From NCBI GenBank assembly GCA_965206645.1, contig CBDBKE010000003.1, positions 352,001 through 416,000 on the forward strand: DNA of 64,000 bases, in the 5' to 3' direction. The DNA comes from Terriglobia bacterium (GTDB lineage: Bacteria; Acidobacteriota; Terriglobia; JAJPHL01; JAPKYU01). A program made the translations under genes and the position numbers. This document shows positions 1 through 12,202 of the stretch, piece by piece. The notes under the pieces are model-generated. The model searched no databases and was not told where the DNA came from. It saw nothing but the letters and a program-made list of their open reading frames with translations. How positions within the stretch are numbered: position 1 is the first letter of the stretch; the number at the start of each line of letters is the position of its first letter.

Positions 1-240
1 ACCCATGACCGCACTTTCCACTGGTGCGCCGATGGCGTGCTCGGCTTGTTCAACGGCTCTGCGGATGGAAGAGACAACCGCGTCCAGATTGATGATCAGG
101 CCCTTGCGCCAGCCCCTGGATTCGACCCGACCCAGGGCCAGGCACCTGAGCTTGCCGGTGGCCGTGACCTCGGCCACCAGCGCGCACGTCTTGACGCTGC
201 CCGCGTCCAGCGCCACCAAGTGCTTCTGCTTGCTGGCCAA
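1..240 (-). CDS. ftsA: Cell division protein FtsA, N-terminal part (runs off window start)
   Basis: Not in ORF track. Manual translation from TTG at 240: MASKQKHLVALDAGSVKTCALVAE...ESRGWRKGLIINLDAVVSSIRRAVEQAE, matching the FtsA N-terminus (LDxGsxK phosphate-1 motif; S-x-G-x-x-K-G-x-I-x-N). Confidence 0.88.
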   Translation of the reverse strand, partial: MASKQKHLVALDAGSVKTCALVAEVTATGKLRCLALGRVESRGWRKGLIINLDAVVSSIRRAVEQAEHAIGAPVESAVMG

Positions 241-429
241 TGCGCCCGTTGAGTGCTCCTTCCGACTACTTGTTGCAATTTAGCAGAAGTGGCGACAAGC
301 GTCCAAGCCTGTGCCAATCTTCAGCTTCGGGGCAGCTTCGGGAAAGCTTTGAGAAAGACGCGCGGCTTGGGGAAAGATGGACAGCTGCGGGAAACGGGAA
401 CCGGTGCCGGGGACCCTGGGCCTTGGGGG

Positions 430-3318
<2,889 letters not shown>

Positions 3319-3675
3319 CTCTTCTTTCTATTTTATCACGGCAGGCCGCGCGGCGCTTTTCGCCGCCGGCGTGGATGGAGCAACGGAAGCTGCTTTGCTA
3401 CAGTCAGCTTTCGTAGGTGGTCATGGGCAAAGGGGTGGCGGTTGAACATATGGATTCGGCCGGAGGGGCCAGCGCACGGGTCGGAAACGTATTGCGCTGA
3501 GGCTCGGGGGCGAGGCCGAGCGGCGCGGGCAATCGTGGGCACGGGGCGGGGAGCGCCGCCTGCACTCGACAGCCGACTACCTAGCGAGGTTCCGGCCAAG
3601 AAGGCGGGAAGATCCCTCCCCTCGCGCGGCATCGGGAGATTGATGCCTGCCCTGCGCGGTGGCAGTAACGGGCCG

Positions 3676-3999
3676 TCAGGGATTGCCCGGTCCGGCCTCG
3701 TCGAACACTTGCTTGGCCACCTGAACCGCATTGGCCGCTGTGGGCCACCCTCCGTAGAAAGCCATGTGGGTGATGACCTCGCCGATCTCCTCTTTCGTGA
3801 CCCCGTTTGCCAGGGCCCTCCGGACATGGCTGCGCAGTTGATCGGTGCGGTAAAGGGCTGTCAGCGCCGCCACGGTAATCAGGCTGCGCTCGCGCTTGGA
3901 CAGGCCTGGGCGTTCCCAAATGTCGCCGAACAGTACCTGAGTGCTTAGCTCCGCCAGGCGTGGAGCAATCTCCTGCATCGCGGTTTGTCGTTGACTCAT
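3676..3999 (-). CDS. Carboxymuconolactone decarboxylase (CMD/AhpD-like) family protein
   Basis: LFGDIWERPGLSKRERSLITVAAL...HVRRALANGVTKEEIGEVITHMAFYGGWP family signature; start set at ATG 3999 after GGAGG. Confidence 0.92.
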   Translation of the reverse strand: MSQRQTAMQEIAPRLAELSTQVLFGDIWERPGLSKRERSLITVAALTALYRTDQLRSHVRRALANGVTKEEIGEVITHMAFYGGWPTAANAVQVAKQVFDEAGPGNP

Positions 4000-4234
4000 C
4001 TTTGCCTCCGGCGCCCAAGTGTAGCTCGCATTTCGCCACGGGTGTCGTGGTTGGCCTGCCTTGTTCGCAGAAAGCTTTTCGCGTTGAACGCGGGAGGGAC
4101 CAGCAACGTCCATGTCAGTCCTCGCACACGCCTGCTCGCACGCTCTGCCTGACCTAGCTGAGCGACAGCCCGCAGGCTGCTTTGGATTGACCCACGAGCC
4201 AGGCTCCGGTAGCCTCCTGGTCGGGGGCTTTCAG

Positions 4235-4792
4235 ATGCGCAAGTTCTTTCTTGTCTTCGTGCTGTTCGGGCTCCTTATTGGCTGTCAATCCGACGGCTCG
4301 TCGCAGGGCTCGCAATACGCGAGCCCGTCCGCGAGCGCCAGCTCCCAGCCGCCTGCCCAGCGATCATCCACCTACTTCGAGGTTGCAGGCGGCGTGACTG
4401 TAGCTGTGGATGACGCAACGGCTACTCTCTTCAAGAACCGGCGCAATATTTGGGCGTTGAACATGGTTTCCTCGCCAGCGGCGGTCAAGCGGCTGAAGAG
4501 GACGTACGGCGTCAACCTGTTCTTCTCGCGAAAGTTTGACCCCAAGCCGGGCAAGTATCCCGTGCAATTTAGCTATCTGAACAGGCAGAACACGCTGGGG
4601 GGATCGTTTACCGGACCGAGAATGCTTTTCTCCCATGACACGCAAGGAGAGGCGGAGTTTCTCGAGTTCGGCGACCAGGTCAAGGTGCGGTTCGAGTTCA
4701 CGGCGTACGACAAGAGTGAAGGCAACGAAGATCGAGCCCAGGTGACGGTCAAAGGCGAGGCCGTTTGCGATCGTGGCGACGCCTTCAAATAA
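4235..4792 (+). CDS. Hypothetical lipoprotein
   Basis: MRKFFLVFVLFGLLIGC signal peptide II with lipobox, Ser/Gln-rich linker, beta-rich body; start moved to ATG 4235. Confidence 0.75.
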   Translation: MRKFFLVFVLFGLLIGCQSDGSSQGSQYASPSASASSQPPAQRSSTYFEVAGGVTVAVDDATATLFKNRRNIWALNMVSSPAAVKRLKRTYGVNLFFSRKFDPKPGKYPVQFSYLNRQNTLGGSFTGPRMLFSHDTQGEAEFLEFGDQVKVRFEFTAYDKSEGNEDRAQVTVKGEAVCDRGDAFK

Positions 4793-4938
4793 GAATTCCA
4801 GGATCCAGACGCTTATCAGTAATGCCCCGTAACTGGCGGAGAATCTTCCACCAAGGGCACCGCACTTGACGGAAGCGGGGGCGCGAGTGGCTGCCGCAAC
4901 ACCTGATAGTACTCGCGGAGTGACCAAGCGAGCCGGCG

Positions 4939-5814
4939 CTATTTCTTGCTCTGGTGGGTCACAGCGACGGCCGTGCCCTCGTCGGTGACGGCAACCACGA
5001 TGGTGGCGGTTCGCTTGCTGGCGTCATCGGCGCCGTGCAGACTGATGAGTTTGACCCCTCCACCCTGGTTCATGACGTTTTTGGTTGTTTTCATCCCGGC
5101 TTGCTTGAGCTGCTGCTCGTAGAACGCAGCGACCTGCTCGGGGGAGTCGCCGGTCTTGAACCCTGCCGTTCCACCCTCGCCCTCCGGACCTTGCATGGTC
5201 GCACCACCGGTCGCCTCAGCGCCCGGATAGGCGGCCAACCAAGCTGGAAGCTTGCCGGCGCCGGCGCCGAAAACCATGGAGCCCTCAGAGGAGTCTACAC
5301 GAAGCGACCTGGAGGAGCCCTCGCCCTGCCCTTGGATCTCGACTTTCTCGCCGCCTTTTCCTTCGAAGACAATCCTGCCTTTCTCAACGTCCTCGAAGTT
5401 CATCGTCACGGTCTCGCCGCTTTTCTTATCCCGCAAGGTGATGGTGCCGCTGTTCTCGTCGGTGGACACCACGTCCACGTCAGGGTTCATTGCGGCGATC
5501 ATCTTGGCCGCCGCCAGCCCCGGGTTCTTCTCTATCAGCTCCGGATCGATGCCAGCCTGCTTGACCTTATGAGCAACGAACAAGCCGCCGCCAATGACAG
5601 CGATGCTGGTAAGCACGAAAAATGCCGCCACCACCACCAGGATCCAGAACAGCGGTCCCTTTTTCTTTTGCGGCGCCCCCGTGCCGGGCGGTGTAGCGAT
5701 GGGAGTCGCCGCCGGGGGCGGGCTGCCCGCCGTGGCGGTCGACCCCGTACGCGTCCCGCACTTGGCGCAGAAGTTTCCTTCCATCGGCGAACCACAGGAT
5801 GAGCAGAATGGCAT
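4939..5814 (-). CDS. Zinc-ribbon membrane protein of unknown function
   Basis: N-terminal CSSCG..FCAKCG zinc ribbon, Pro/Ala linker, one TM helix, extracytoplasmic C-terminus; AAGGAG RBS. Confidence 0.85.
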   Translation of the reverse strand: MPFCSSCGSPMEGNFCAKCGTRTGSTATAGSPPPAATPIATPPGTGAPQKKKGPLFWILVVVAAFFVLTSIAVIGGGLFVAHKVKQAGIDPELIEKNPGLAAAKMIAAMNPDVDVVSTDENSGTITLRDKKSGETVTMNFEDVEKGRIVFEGKGGEKVEIQGQGEGSSRSLRVDSSEGSMVFGAGAGKLPAWLAAYPGAEATGGATMQGPEGEGGTAGFKTGDSPEQVAAFYEQQLKQAGMKTTKNVMNQGGGVKLISLHGADDASKRTATIVVAVTDEGTAVAVTHQSKK

Positions 5815-5961
5815 GTCTCGCTCCTTTGAAGGCTTAGGTCAGGATTTCCGATTTCAGCTTCTGGTGGCTGCAAGTATACATCCGACCAGTTATGTTTTGG
5901 ACGAACTCGGCCATAGGGCGAAATGGACATAGGCCAACTCGCCCGGCAGCGGGATGATCTT

Positions 5962-6774
5962 CTAGCGTTCGATTTCTTCCAGGACAGCGGTGATGGTGCC
6001 CACCCATAAGCGGGCCCGTATCTGAACTGGGAGGCGTTGGGGATCGTCGCTGAACCAGATGTGCAAGCGGCCTCTTCCTTGGAACAAGTATCCACCCACA
6101 ATTGTGGGTTCGACCCGGATGGCGGGAAAGTCCCCCGCGCCGGTCCTCACTTCTTCCTCGGCCTGTACTTCCACCTGGATGGGCAGGGTCCTAGACCCAT
6201 CGTTGACGGGTACCTGGAAGGTCCGGCCGACCTCCAGCGGCAGCGAACGTACGTAGAACAGTGCGGAGACTAGGTCGTAAGCGCATTTGGGGATGGAGTT
6301 CTCGGCCTGACGAACCAGGCGGCCATGGTTCGGGTCGGTTTCCTCCAGCACTGCCATCTGGCGCTCCTTTTGGAAGTCAATGCGGATGGAGCGGTGCCGG
6401 CGGCCTTCGTGTAGGGTTTTGAGTACGAATTGCGAACACATCGCCCCGTTATCAAAGCGGGAAATCAGCGTATCGTTGACCGGGAACAACTTGGAGACAA
6501 AGCCATTGGAGGCGGCTTTGACCGTGGCCTCCCAGTAAGGCAGCCCGTCGGCTGGGCTATGGCGCTCAACCTGGACGCGACCTTCCCCAGCGGGGGACAA
6601 CCGCCACGAAATGCGGTATCGCAGAGCCTCGCCCGAAGGGAACGGAGGAACAGCGTCGGAGGTAAGGCCGGAGGCCTGAGGCCAGGCCGCAAGCGCTCCC
6701 AGCAGCGCTCCTGCTAGTGCTATTCCAACGAGTTTTGCCCAGTTGCCGTGTGTCATCGAGTGAGCCTTTGCCAC
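5962..6774 (-). CDS. DUF3108-family exported protein
   Basis: Signal peptide, GEALRYRISW, DLVSALFYVRSLPL, VRTGAGDFPAIRVEP, IWFSDDPQRLPVQI resemble DUF3108; start uncertain. Confidence 0.8.
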   Translation of the reverse strand: MAKAHSMTHGNWAKLVGIALAGALLGALAAWPQASGLTSDAVPPFPSGEALRYRISWRLSPAGEGRVQVERHSPADGLPYWEATVKAASNGFVSKLFPVNDTLISRFDNGAMCSQFVLKTLHEGRRHRSIRIDFQKERQMAVLEETDPNHGRLVRQAENSIPKCAYDLVSALFYVRSLPLEVGRTFQVPVNDGSRTLPIQVEVQAEEEVRTGAGDFPAIRVEPTIVGGYLFQGRGRLHIWFSDDPQRLPVQIRARLWVGTITAVLEEIER

Positions 6775-6825
6775 AAGTGCCGCGGCTGCATCCTGGCAGC
6801 ACAGCGGAATGAGCCAGTCAGGCGA

Positions 6826-7371
6826 CTAGAGCAGCTTCCAAAGCAGCAACGCAATGCCAAGCAGATAGCCCAGCAACGCATTGTACTCCTGGTTCTTCGA
6901 ATACAAGGCCCAGCGGAAGCTGCTTGAGGCGGACCCTTCGAGCCGGACAGGCCGCCTGGGCCAGAATCGCGGCACGGCCGCTGCGTACTTACGGAACTCA
7001 GGAAACAGCTTGGCCAAATGCGCTTCTTCTTCGCTCACCACTGGCAGGTACAGCGTCACCAGGAACAACGTCAACAACAGTCCCAACCACCAGACTCCTC
7101 CGGCCAGGGCGAACCCCAGCGCCACGAGAGCGGAGCCCAGATAGAGGGGGTTGCGCGTGTAGGCAAAGGGTCCCGAAGTTGCTAGCCGAAGATTTTTCTC
7201 CAAGTGCCCGGCAGCGTACGCCCGCAGAGCGATCCCCGCCAGCGCCACTGCTGAGCCTAGAGCCAGCAGTCTTGGACTGGGCTGCGCGAAGAACGCATAG
7301 ACGGCCACCAGCAGGAATCCGCAGGGGACACGGATGCGGGCAGCCAATTCGGCGTAACGCTTCCAACTCAT
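6826..7371 (-). CDS. ICMT/PEMT-family integral membrane methyltransferase
   Basis: LATSGPFAYTRNPLYLG and EEEAHLAKLF..FRKYAAAVPRFWP motifs; 4-nt overlap with waaC. Confidence 0.88.
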   Translation of the reverse strand: MSWKRYAELAARIRVPCGFLLVAVYAFFAQPSPRLLALGSAVALAGIALRAYAAGHLEKNLRLATSGPFAYTRNPLYLGSALVALGFALAGGVWWLGLLLTLFLVTLYLPVVSEEEAHLAKLFPEFRKYAAAVPRFWPRRPVRLEGSASSSFRWALYSKNQEYNALLGYLLGIALLLWKLL

Positions 7372-8420
7372 CGGGCCTGTAGCAGCTCGTGGGCGGCACG
7401 AAACACCTGCTCGACCGTGACACTGCGAATGGCTTGCCGGTCGGCGGCCCGCGAGTAGGTGGTCGACGCGTCCTCGGCCCGGACCACGCGGCTGGCTGTA
7501 GAAAAGGGGCCGTTGCGCGCCGGATCAGTGGGGCCGAAGATCGCCACCACTGGCGTGCCGCAGGCAGCGGCCAGATGCAACGGACCGGTGTCGCCCGCCA
7601 CCAGCAGCGCCGCCTCGCGCACCAAAGCCATCAATTCGCCCAGCGAAGGGCGCAGCAGCAGGGGTCGGGCGTCGGCGGCAAGTTCCGCCACTCGTTCGGC
7701 GATCAGCTCGTCGCCGGGGCCACAATGAATCACTACCCGCAAGCCCAGCTCCCGGCTGAGGCGTAACAGCAGGGCCCCATAAGCTTCTTCTGGCCAGCGC
7801 TTGGCGGCCCAACCGGCCGAGGGGCTCACGATCGCGTAGCGTGCCACGTGGGCTAGGCTGGGCAGGCCGGCGGAGCCGGCCGTCGCCGCCCGCATGCTTG
7901 CCACGGCTTCCGGGGCGGGCGTACAGCAAAACTCCATCACCGGTTCTTTGGCCCCCACCGCGGCAGCCAGCGCCAGGTTCCGCTCCACCACGTGGGCAGC
8001 ACGCCCATCTGCGGGGGAACTCGCCTGCGCTGTGTAGAACAGGGCGGCGGCTCGTTCTCGCAATTCAGCACGGCCGAACCCCACCACCGACACCGCGCCG
8101 CTCAGGCGCCCCACTACGGCCGACTTGACAAGGCCCTGAAAGTCCAGCGCGCAATCGTAGCCCCGGTGCCGGAGCCGGCTGACGCTCCCCAGCAAGGCGC
8201 GCCAAGTGCCGGCTGCGGCCAGCCGCCGCCTCCAGGAGCGCGTTTCCAGCCGGTGCAGTTGGGCCAGATACGGATTGCGCTCCAGTAGCGGCGCCCAGTG
8301 CCCTTCCACTACCCAATCAATCTCCGCCTCGGGGAAGCCGCGCTTCAGCGTGGCCACTGCCGGCAGCGTGTGAATGATGTCGCCCATCGAGCCCAGGCGC
8401 AGAATCAAGATCCTTTGCAT
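7368..8420 (-). CDS. waaC: LPS heptosyltransferase I (GT9)
   Basis: ILILRLGSMGDIIHTLP, DFQGLVKS, AKRWP, GDTGPLHLAAA, FGPTDP. Confidence 0.9.
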   Translation of the reverse strand: MQRILILRLGSMGDIIHTLPAVATLKRGFPEAEIDWVVEGHWAPLLERNPYLAQLHRLETRSWRRRLAAAGTWRALLGSVSRLRHRGYDCALDFQGLVKSAVVGRLSGAVSVVGFGRAELRERAAALFYTAQASSPADGRAAHVVERNLALAAAVGAKEPVMEFCCTPAPEAVASMRAATAGSAGLPSLAHVARYAIVSPSAGWAAKRWPEEAYGALLLRLSRELGLRVVIHCGPGDELIAERVAELAADARPLLLRPSLGELMALVREAALLVAGDTGPLHLAAACGTPVVAIFGPTDPARNGPFSTASRVVRAEDASTTYSRAADRQAIRSVTVEQVFRAAHELLQAR

Positions 8421-8485
8421 CGAACCAAGCCAGGTGGCAGGTTTCAGGTGCCAGTTGCGCAGTTAGACTCCCACCTGCCTACCGC

Positions 8486-8980
8486 CTACTGCGTACTGTC
8501 TTGAGCCTTCACGATGCGGCTGATCAGGTCACGGGTCGAGTGGTGCTTGGCGTCGCCGACGATGGCGACCTCGCCGCCCAGAGCGCGCATCGTCTCCCGC
8601 TCGGGCACGGTCTCGGAGGTGTAGTCGGTGCCCTTGGCGTGGACCTGCGGGCGCAGTTCCCTCAGCAGCGCGGTCACGTCTGGCTCGTCGAAGACGATGA
8701 CCCAGTCCACCGCCGACAGAGCGGCCACCATGCGGGCGCGCGCTTGCTGGTCCATCAGCGGGCGCCCGTCGCCCTTCAGAGCGCGCACGCTTCGGTCCGA
8801 GTTAATGCCCACTACCAGCAGGTCGCCGCAGGCTCGCGCGCCCTGCAGGTAGCGCACATGGCCCGCGTGCAGCAGGTCGAAGCAGCCGTTGGCCAGCACC
8901 AAGCGGCGCTCGTCGCACCGTGCCTGGTCCGCAAGCTCGCGCGCTCGCACGCGGTCAACGACTTTGTCAGCTGTGTTCAT
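8486..8980 (-). CDS. hldC: D-glycero-beta-D-manno-heptose 1-phosphate adenylyltransferase (RfaE domain II)
   Basis: ANGCFDLLHAGHVRYL, GINSDRSVRALKG, KGTDY, HSTRDLI. Confidence 0.92.
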   Translation of the reverse strand: MNTADKVVDRVRARELADQARCDERRLVLANGCFDLLHAGHVRYLQGARACGDLLVVGINSDRSVRALKGDGRPLMDQQARARMVAALSAVDWVIVFDEPDVTALLRELRPQVHAKGTDYTSETVPERETMRALGGEVAIVGDAKHHSTRDLISRIVKAQDSTQ

Positions 8981-10088
8981 CTTGCCCTGCCCGGCCCTTG
9001 CCCGACCCCTGCCCGGCCCCTGTCCGGTCCCTGTCCGGGATTGCCGGGCCGCGCACGTCGCTGCTCGTGACTGCCTCTCGCAGTTCCTCGAGGGTTACGG
9101 TGGCCGTGCCGCGCTTCATGACCACAATGCCGCCCGCAAAGTTCGCCAGCCGCGCCGCTTGCTCAAAGCTGGCGCCGGCGGCCAGGGCCAGAGTGAAGGT
9201 GGCAATCACCGTGTCGCCGGCCCCGGTCACGTCCGCAATCTCATCGGAGCCCCAGACGGGGATGTACACCGGGCGGCGGCGCGGCTCAAACAGCACCATT
9301 CCGTGCCGCCCGCGAGTAACCAGCAGGGCCTCGAGCCGCATCCGGCGCAGCACGCTTCGCGCCGTCTGCTCCAGCTTGCGCGTGTCGGCGCCGATGCGCG
9401 CGTGAAACGCCTCCTCTAGTTCCGGCTCATTCGGCGTGGCCGCGGTGGCTCCGGCGTACTTCAGGAGGTCGAAGCGCGAATCAATCGTCACCGGACGACC
9501 GTTGAGGACCGCACCCAGCGCACCGGCCAGTTCCGGAGAGGCGGCGCCGTAGCCGTAGTCGGAGACCAGAGCGGCGTCGGCCCGGCGCGCCAGGCGCAGG
9601 GCACGCCGCTGGACCTCCGCCTGCCGGGCCGGGGAGGCCGGCTGCGCTGGCTCGCGGTCAATCCTCACTACCTGTTGGCAACTGCCGTGGACCGTGTCCG
9701 CTAGAATGCGGCTCTTGGTGGTGGTGGTAAATTCGCGCGCCACTACGATGCCGCTTGTTTCCACCCCGCGCCGGCGAAAGCATTCCAGCAGCGCCCCCCC
9801 GGCCGCATCGCCGCCAACCACCCCCACGGGTATGACCTGGGCACCGAGGTCGGCCAGGTTATACGCCGCGTTGGCGCCGCCACCGGGCAGAACCTGGGTC
9901 TGCCGGTGCTTCAGAATGAGCACTGCGGCTTCCCGCGAAACCCGGGAAATCTCGCCCAGCACGAATTCGTCGGCCACCAGATCGCCAACCACCAGCACCG
10001 TCTGTGCGGGGAAGCGCTTGAGAATCTCCAGATACTTGCTTGGCTTTTCCTTGCTCAACGGTTCTTTGCTCCTTTTGAACCCGGACAA
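8967..10088 (-). CDS. hldA: D-glycero-beta-D-manno-heptose-7-phosphate kinase (RfaE domain I, PfkB family)
   Basis: VVGDLVADEF, GGGANAAYN, SDYGYG, ATPNEPE, DVTGAGDTV, AGGIVVMKRGTA; start approximate. Confidence 0.92.
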   Translation of the reverse strand: MSGFKRSKEPLSKEKPSKYLEILKRFPAQTVLVVGDLVADEFVLGEISRVSREAAVLILKHRQTQVLPGGGANAAYNLADLGAQVIPVGVVGGDAAGGALLECFRRRGVETSGIVVAREFTTTTKSRILADTVHGSCQQVVRIDREPAQPASPARQAEVQRRALRLARRADAALVSDYGYGAASPELAGALGAVLNGRPVTIDSRFDLLKYAGATAATPNEPELEEAFHARIGADTRKLEQTARSVLRRMRLEALLVTRGRHGMVLFEPRRRPVYIPVWGSDEIADVTGAGDTVIATFTLALAAGASFEQAARLANFAGGIVVMKRGTATVTLEELREAVTSSDVRGPAIPDRDRTGAGQGSGKGRAGQDEHS

Positions 10089-10100
10089 GGCAAGGGTGCA

Positions 10101-11162
10101 TTAGGCATGGCCTCGACGAAGACTGGGTTCTCCCAGCATCTGCTGCGCGGCGGCTAGCACTTCCTCGGTCTCTACGGCGCTCATGCAGCGATGGTCAATG
10201 GGACAATCGCGCAGCTTGCAGGGGCTGCACGGCACCGGCTTCTTGATGATCCGGACACAAGGGCCGAGCGGGGCGGTGGCCACTTCGTCCGTGGCTCCAA
10301 AGATCGCCAGCACCGGAACGCCGGCCGCTGCGGCCAGATGCATGGTGCCGGTGTCGTTGGTCAGAAACAGGTCGCAGCCTGCCACCAGCTCTAGAAATTC
10401 GCTCAAGCTGGTGCGGCCAGCAGTGGAAACTGCCGCCGGGCCAACGCTGGCGGCCACCTCCTCAGCCAGCCTGCGTTCCGAGGCAGCGCCGAACAGGACC
10501 ACGGCCGCGCCTTGCGCGGCCAGCGCCTGTCCCACCGCTGCGAACCGCGACGGGAACCAGCGCTTCGCCGTACCGAACGCGGCTCCCGGATTGATCCCGA
10601 CTACTGGGCCACGAAAGGCGTCGGGCAGACCAAAGTTCACCAGCTTGTCGCGGCCAATTTCTCGCGCGTGCGGCCGGGCCAGCCGGATCTGAGAGACCTG
10701 CGGCAGTTCAGGCAGCACGCCCAGGCGCCGCAGCAACTCCAGGTAGTAGTAGCACTCGTGCGGAGGAATCTCCCCCTGGCGCGGGACCGGGACCGCGTGG
10801 GTCAGCAACCAGGAGCGGCCGTCGCGGGCGTAGCCGCAGCGGACCGGAACCCGCGCCCAGCGGGCCAGCAGGGCGGCTTCGAAAGCGTTCTGGAACAGCA
10901 CCGCTGTCTCGAAGCGCTCCGTGCGCAGCGCGACGGCGGTCTGGCGCCAGCCCATGCTTCCATTGCTGGGATACAGCAGCAGGCGGTCGGCGACAGCTTC
11001 TCGCTCGAAGACGGTGCTGACCCAGGGCCGGGCCAGCAGGGTGATGTGGGCCGCCGGCAACGCTCGGCGCAACTCGCGCAGTGCCGGCAGAGTCATCACC
11101 GCATCGCCCACCCAGTTGGTGGCGCGCACCAGGATTTTCCGCGCTTCGAGCAGCCGGCTCAT
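10101..11162 (-). CDS. waaF: LPS heptosyltransferase II (GT9)
   Basis: ILVRATNWVGDAVMTLP, NPGAAFGTAKRW, TNDTGTMHLAAA, CSPCKLRDCP..H.C; real start ATG 11162 overlaps the lpxK stop. Confidence 0.93.
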   Translation of the reverse strand: MSRLLEARKILVRATNWVGDAVMTLPALRELRRALPAAHITLLARPWVSTVFEREAVADRLLLYPSNGSMGWRQTAVALRTERFETAVLFQNAFEAALLARWARVPVRCGYARDGRSWLLTHAVPVPRQGEIPPHECYYYLELLRRLGVLPELPQVSQIRLARPHAREIGRDKLVNFGLPDAFRGPVVGINPGAAFGTAKRWFPSRFAAVGQALAAQGAAVVLFGAASERRLAEEVAASVGPAAVSTAGRTSLSEFLELVAGCDLFLTNDTGTMHLAAAAGVPVLAIFGATDEVATAPLGPCVRIIKKPVPCSPCKLRDCPIDHRCMSAVETEEVLAAAQQMLGEPSLRRGHA

Positions 11163-12202
11163 TTGCGTACCAACCCCGCTACGCAATCTACCAGTTTGGC
11201 ACCCTGTTCCACCTCCAGTTCCATTCCCAGCACCCGCAGTGGCAGCTCCAGCCCGTTTCGGCAGGAGTCGGGCAGGTTGGCGGCGTCCTTCTCGGTGGTG
11301 ACGAGCGCTTCGGCGCCCACCCGGCGGGCGCGCTGCTCGAGTCGCCGCAGGTCGCGCGCCGTGTAGCGATGGTGGTCGCGAAACGGCTGCGTGCCCACGA
11401 CCCGAAACCCCGCCAGGCAAAGGTCGGCGAAGAAGGCCCTCGGATTGCCCACACCCGCAAACGCCAGAGCAGGCTGCGAGGACGCAGATGCGAGGCCTGG
11501 AACCGAAGGCTCAGCCGCCCCGACGTCGCCTGTCAGGCGCGTGCGCGCCCGGTAAATCTCGGCTTGCGGCGCCACGCCTCTCAGGCGCGCTTCCAGCTGC
11601 TCCCTGGCCGTCCAATCCTGCACTCGGGTTAACACGATAACTCCAGCGCGCCTCAAGGCCGAAGGTGACTCTCGCAGCCGACCAGCCGGTAGCAGGTCAT
11701 CCTCCCACGGTGGGCGCGTGCTGTCCACCAGCACGATGTCCAGGTCCCGGCCCAGTGCCAGATGTTGAAACCCGTCATCGAGCAGGTGCAGGTCCACTGC
11801 GCCCTTGGCTTCCAGTGCTCGTCCGGCCCGGAGGCGGTTCCCGTCAACGCCAACAGGTGCCAGCCCATGCCGCAGCATCACCTGTACTTCGTCGCCCGCG
11901 CTCACAGCGTCCGGCGTCCATGCTGCACCGTGGGCCGCGCGGGTGAACAGCAGCGTTTCCTCTCCGGCCGGACGCCGATAGCCGCGCGTCAGCACCGCAG
12001 GTCTCAGACCGTGCTCCACCAGCGCGGAGAAAAGCCAGATAACGAACGGCGTCTTCCCTGCTCCGCCTACTGAGAGGTTGCCGACGCTGACTACCGGGCG
12101 CTCCAGCCGTTGCTGGCGCCAAGTGCCCGAAGCGTACAGGCGGACGCGTGTGCGCGTGGCGAGGGACCACAGGCGTGCCGCCGGCCACAGGAGCAAGCTC
12201 AT
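11159..12202 (-). CDS. lpxK: Tetraacyldisaccharide 4'-kinase
   Basis: VSVGNLSVGGAGKTP, LTRGY, GDE, LLDDGFQH, LPAGRLRE, FRDHHRY, TTEKD. Confidence 0.97.
   Translation of the reverse strand: MSLLLWPAARLWSLATRTRVRLYASGTWRQQRLERPVVSVGNLSVGGAGKTPFVIWLFSALVEHGLRPAVLTRGYRRPAGEETLLFTRAAHGAAWTPDAVSAGDEVQVMLRHGLAPVGVDGNRLRAGRALEAKGAVDLHLLDDGFQHLALGRDLDIVLVDSTRPPWEDDLLPAGRLRESPSALRRAGVIVLTRVQDWTAREQLEARLRGVAPQAEIYRARTRLTGDVGAAEPSVPGLASASSQPALAFAGVGNPRAFFADLCLAGFRVVGTQPFRDHHRYTARDLRRLEQRARRVGAEALVTTEKDAANLPDSCRNGLELPLRVLGMELEVEQGAKLVDCVAGLVRK

Noticed and set aside
3336-3675. Gene or ncRNA between secA and the CMD gene
   Set aside because: Overlapping ORFs are Arg/Pro/Gly-rich noise; no SecM-like peptide or RNA motif recognised.
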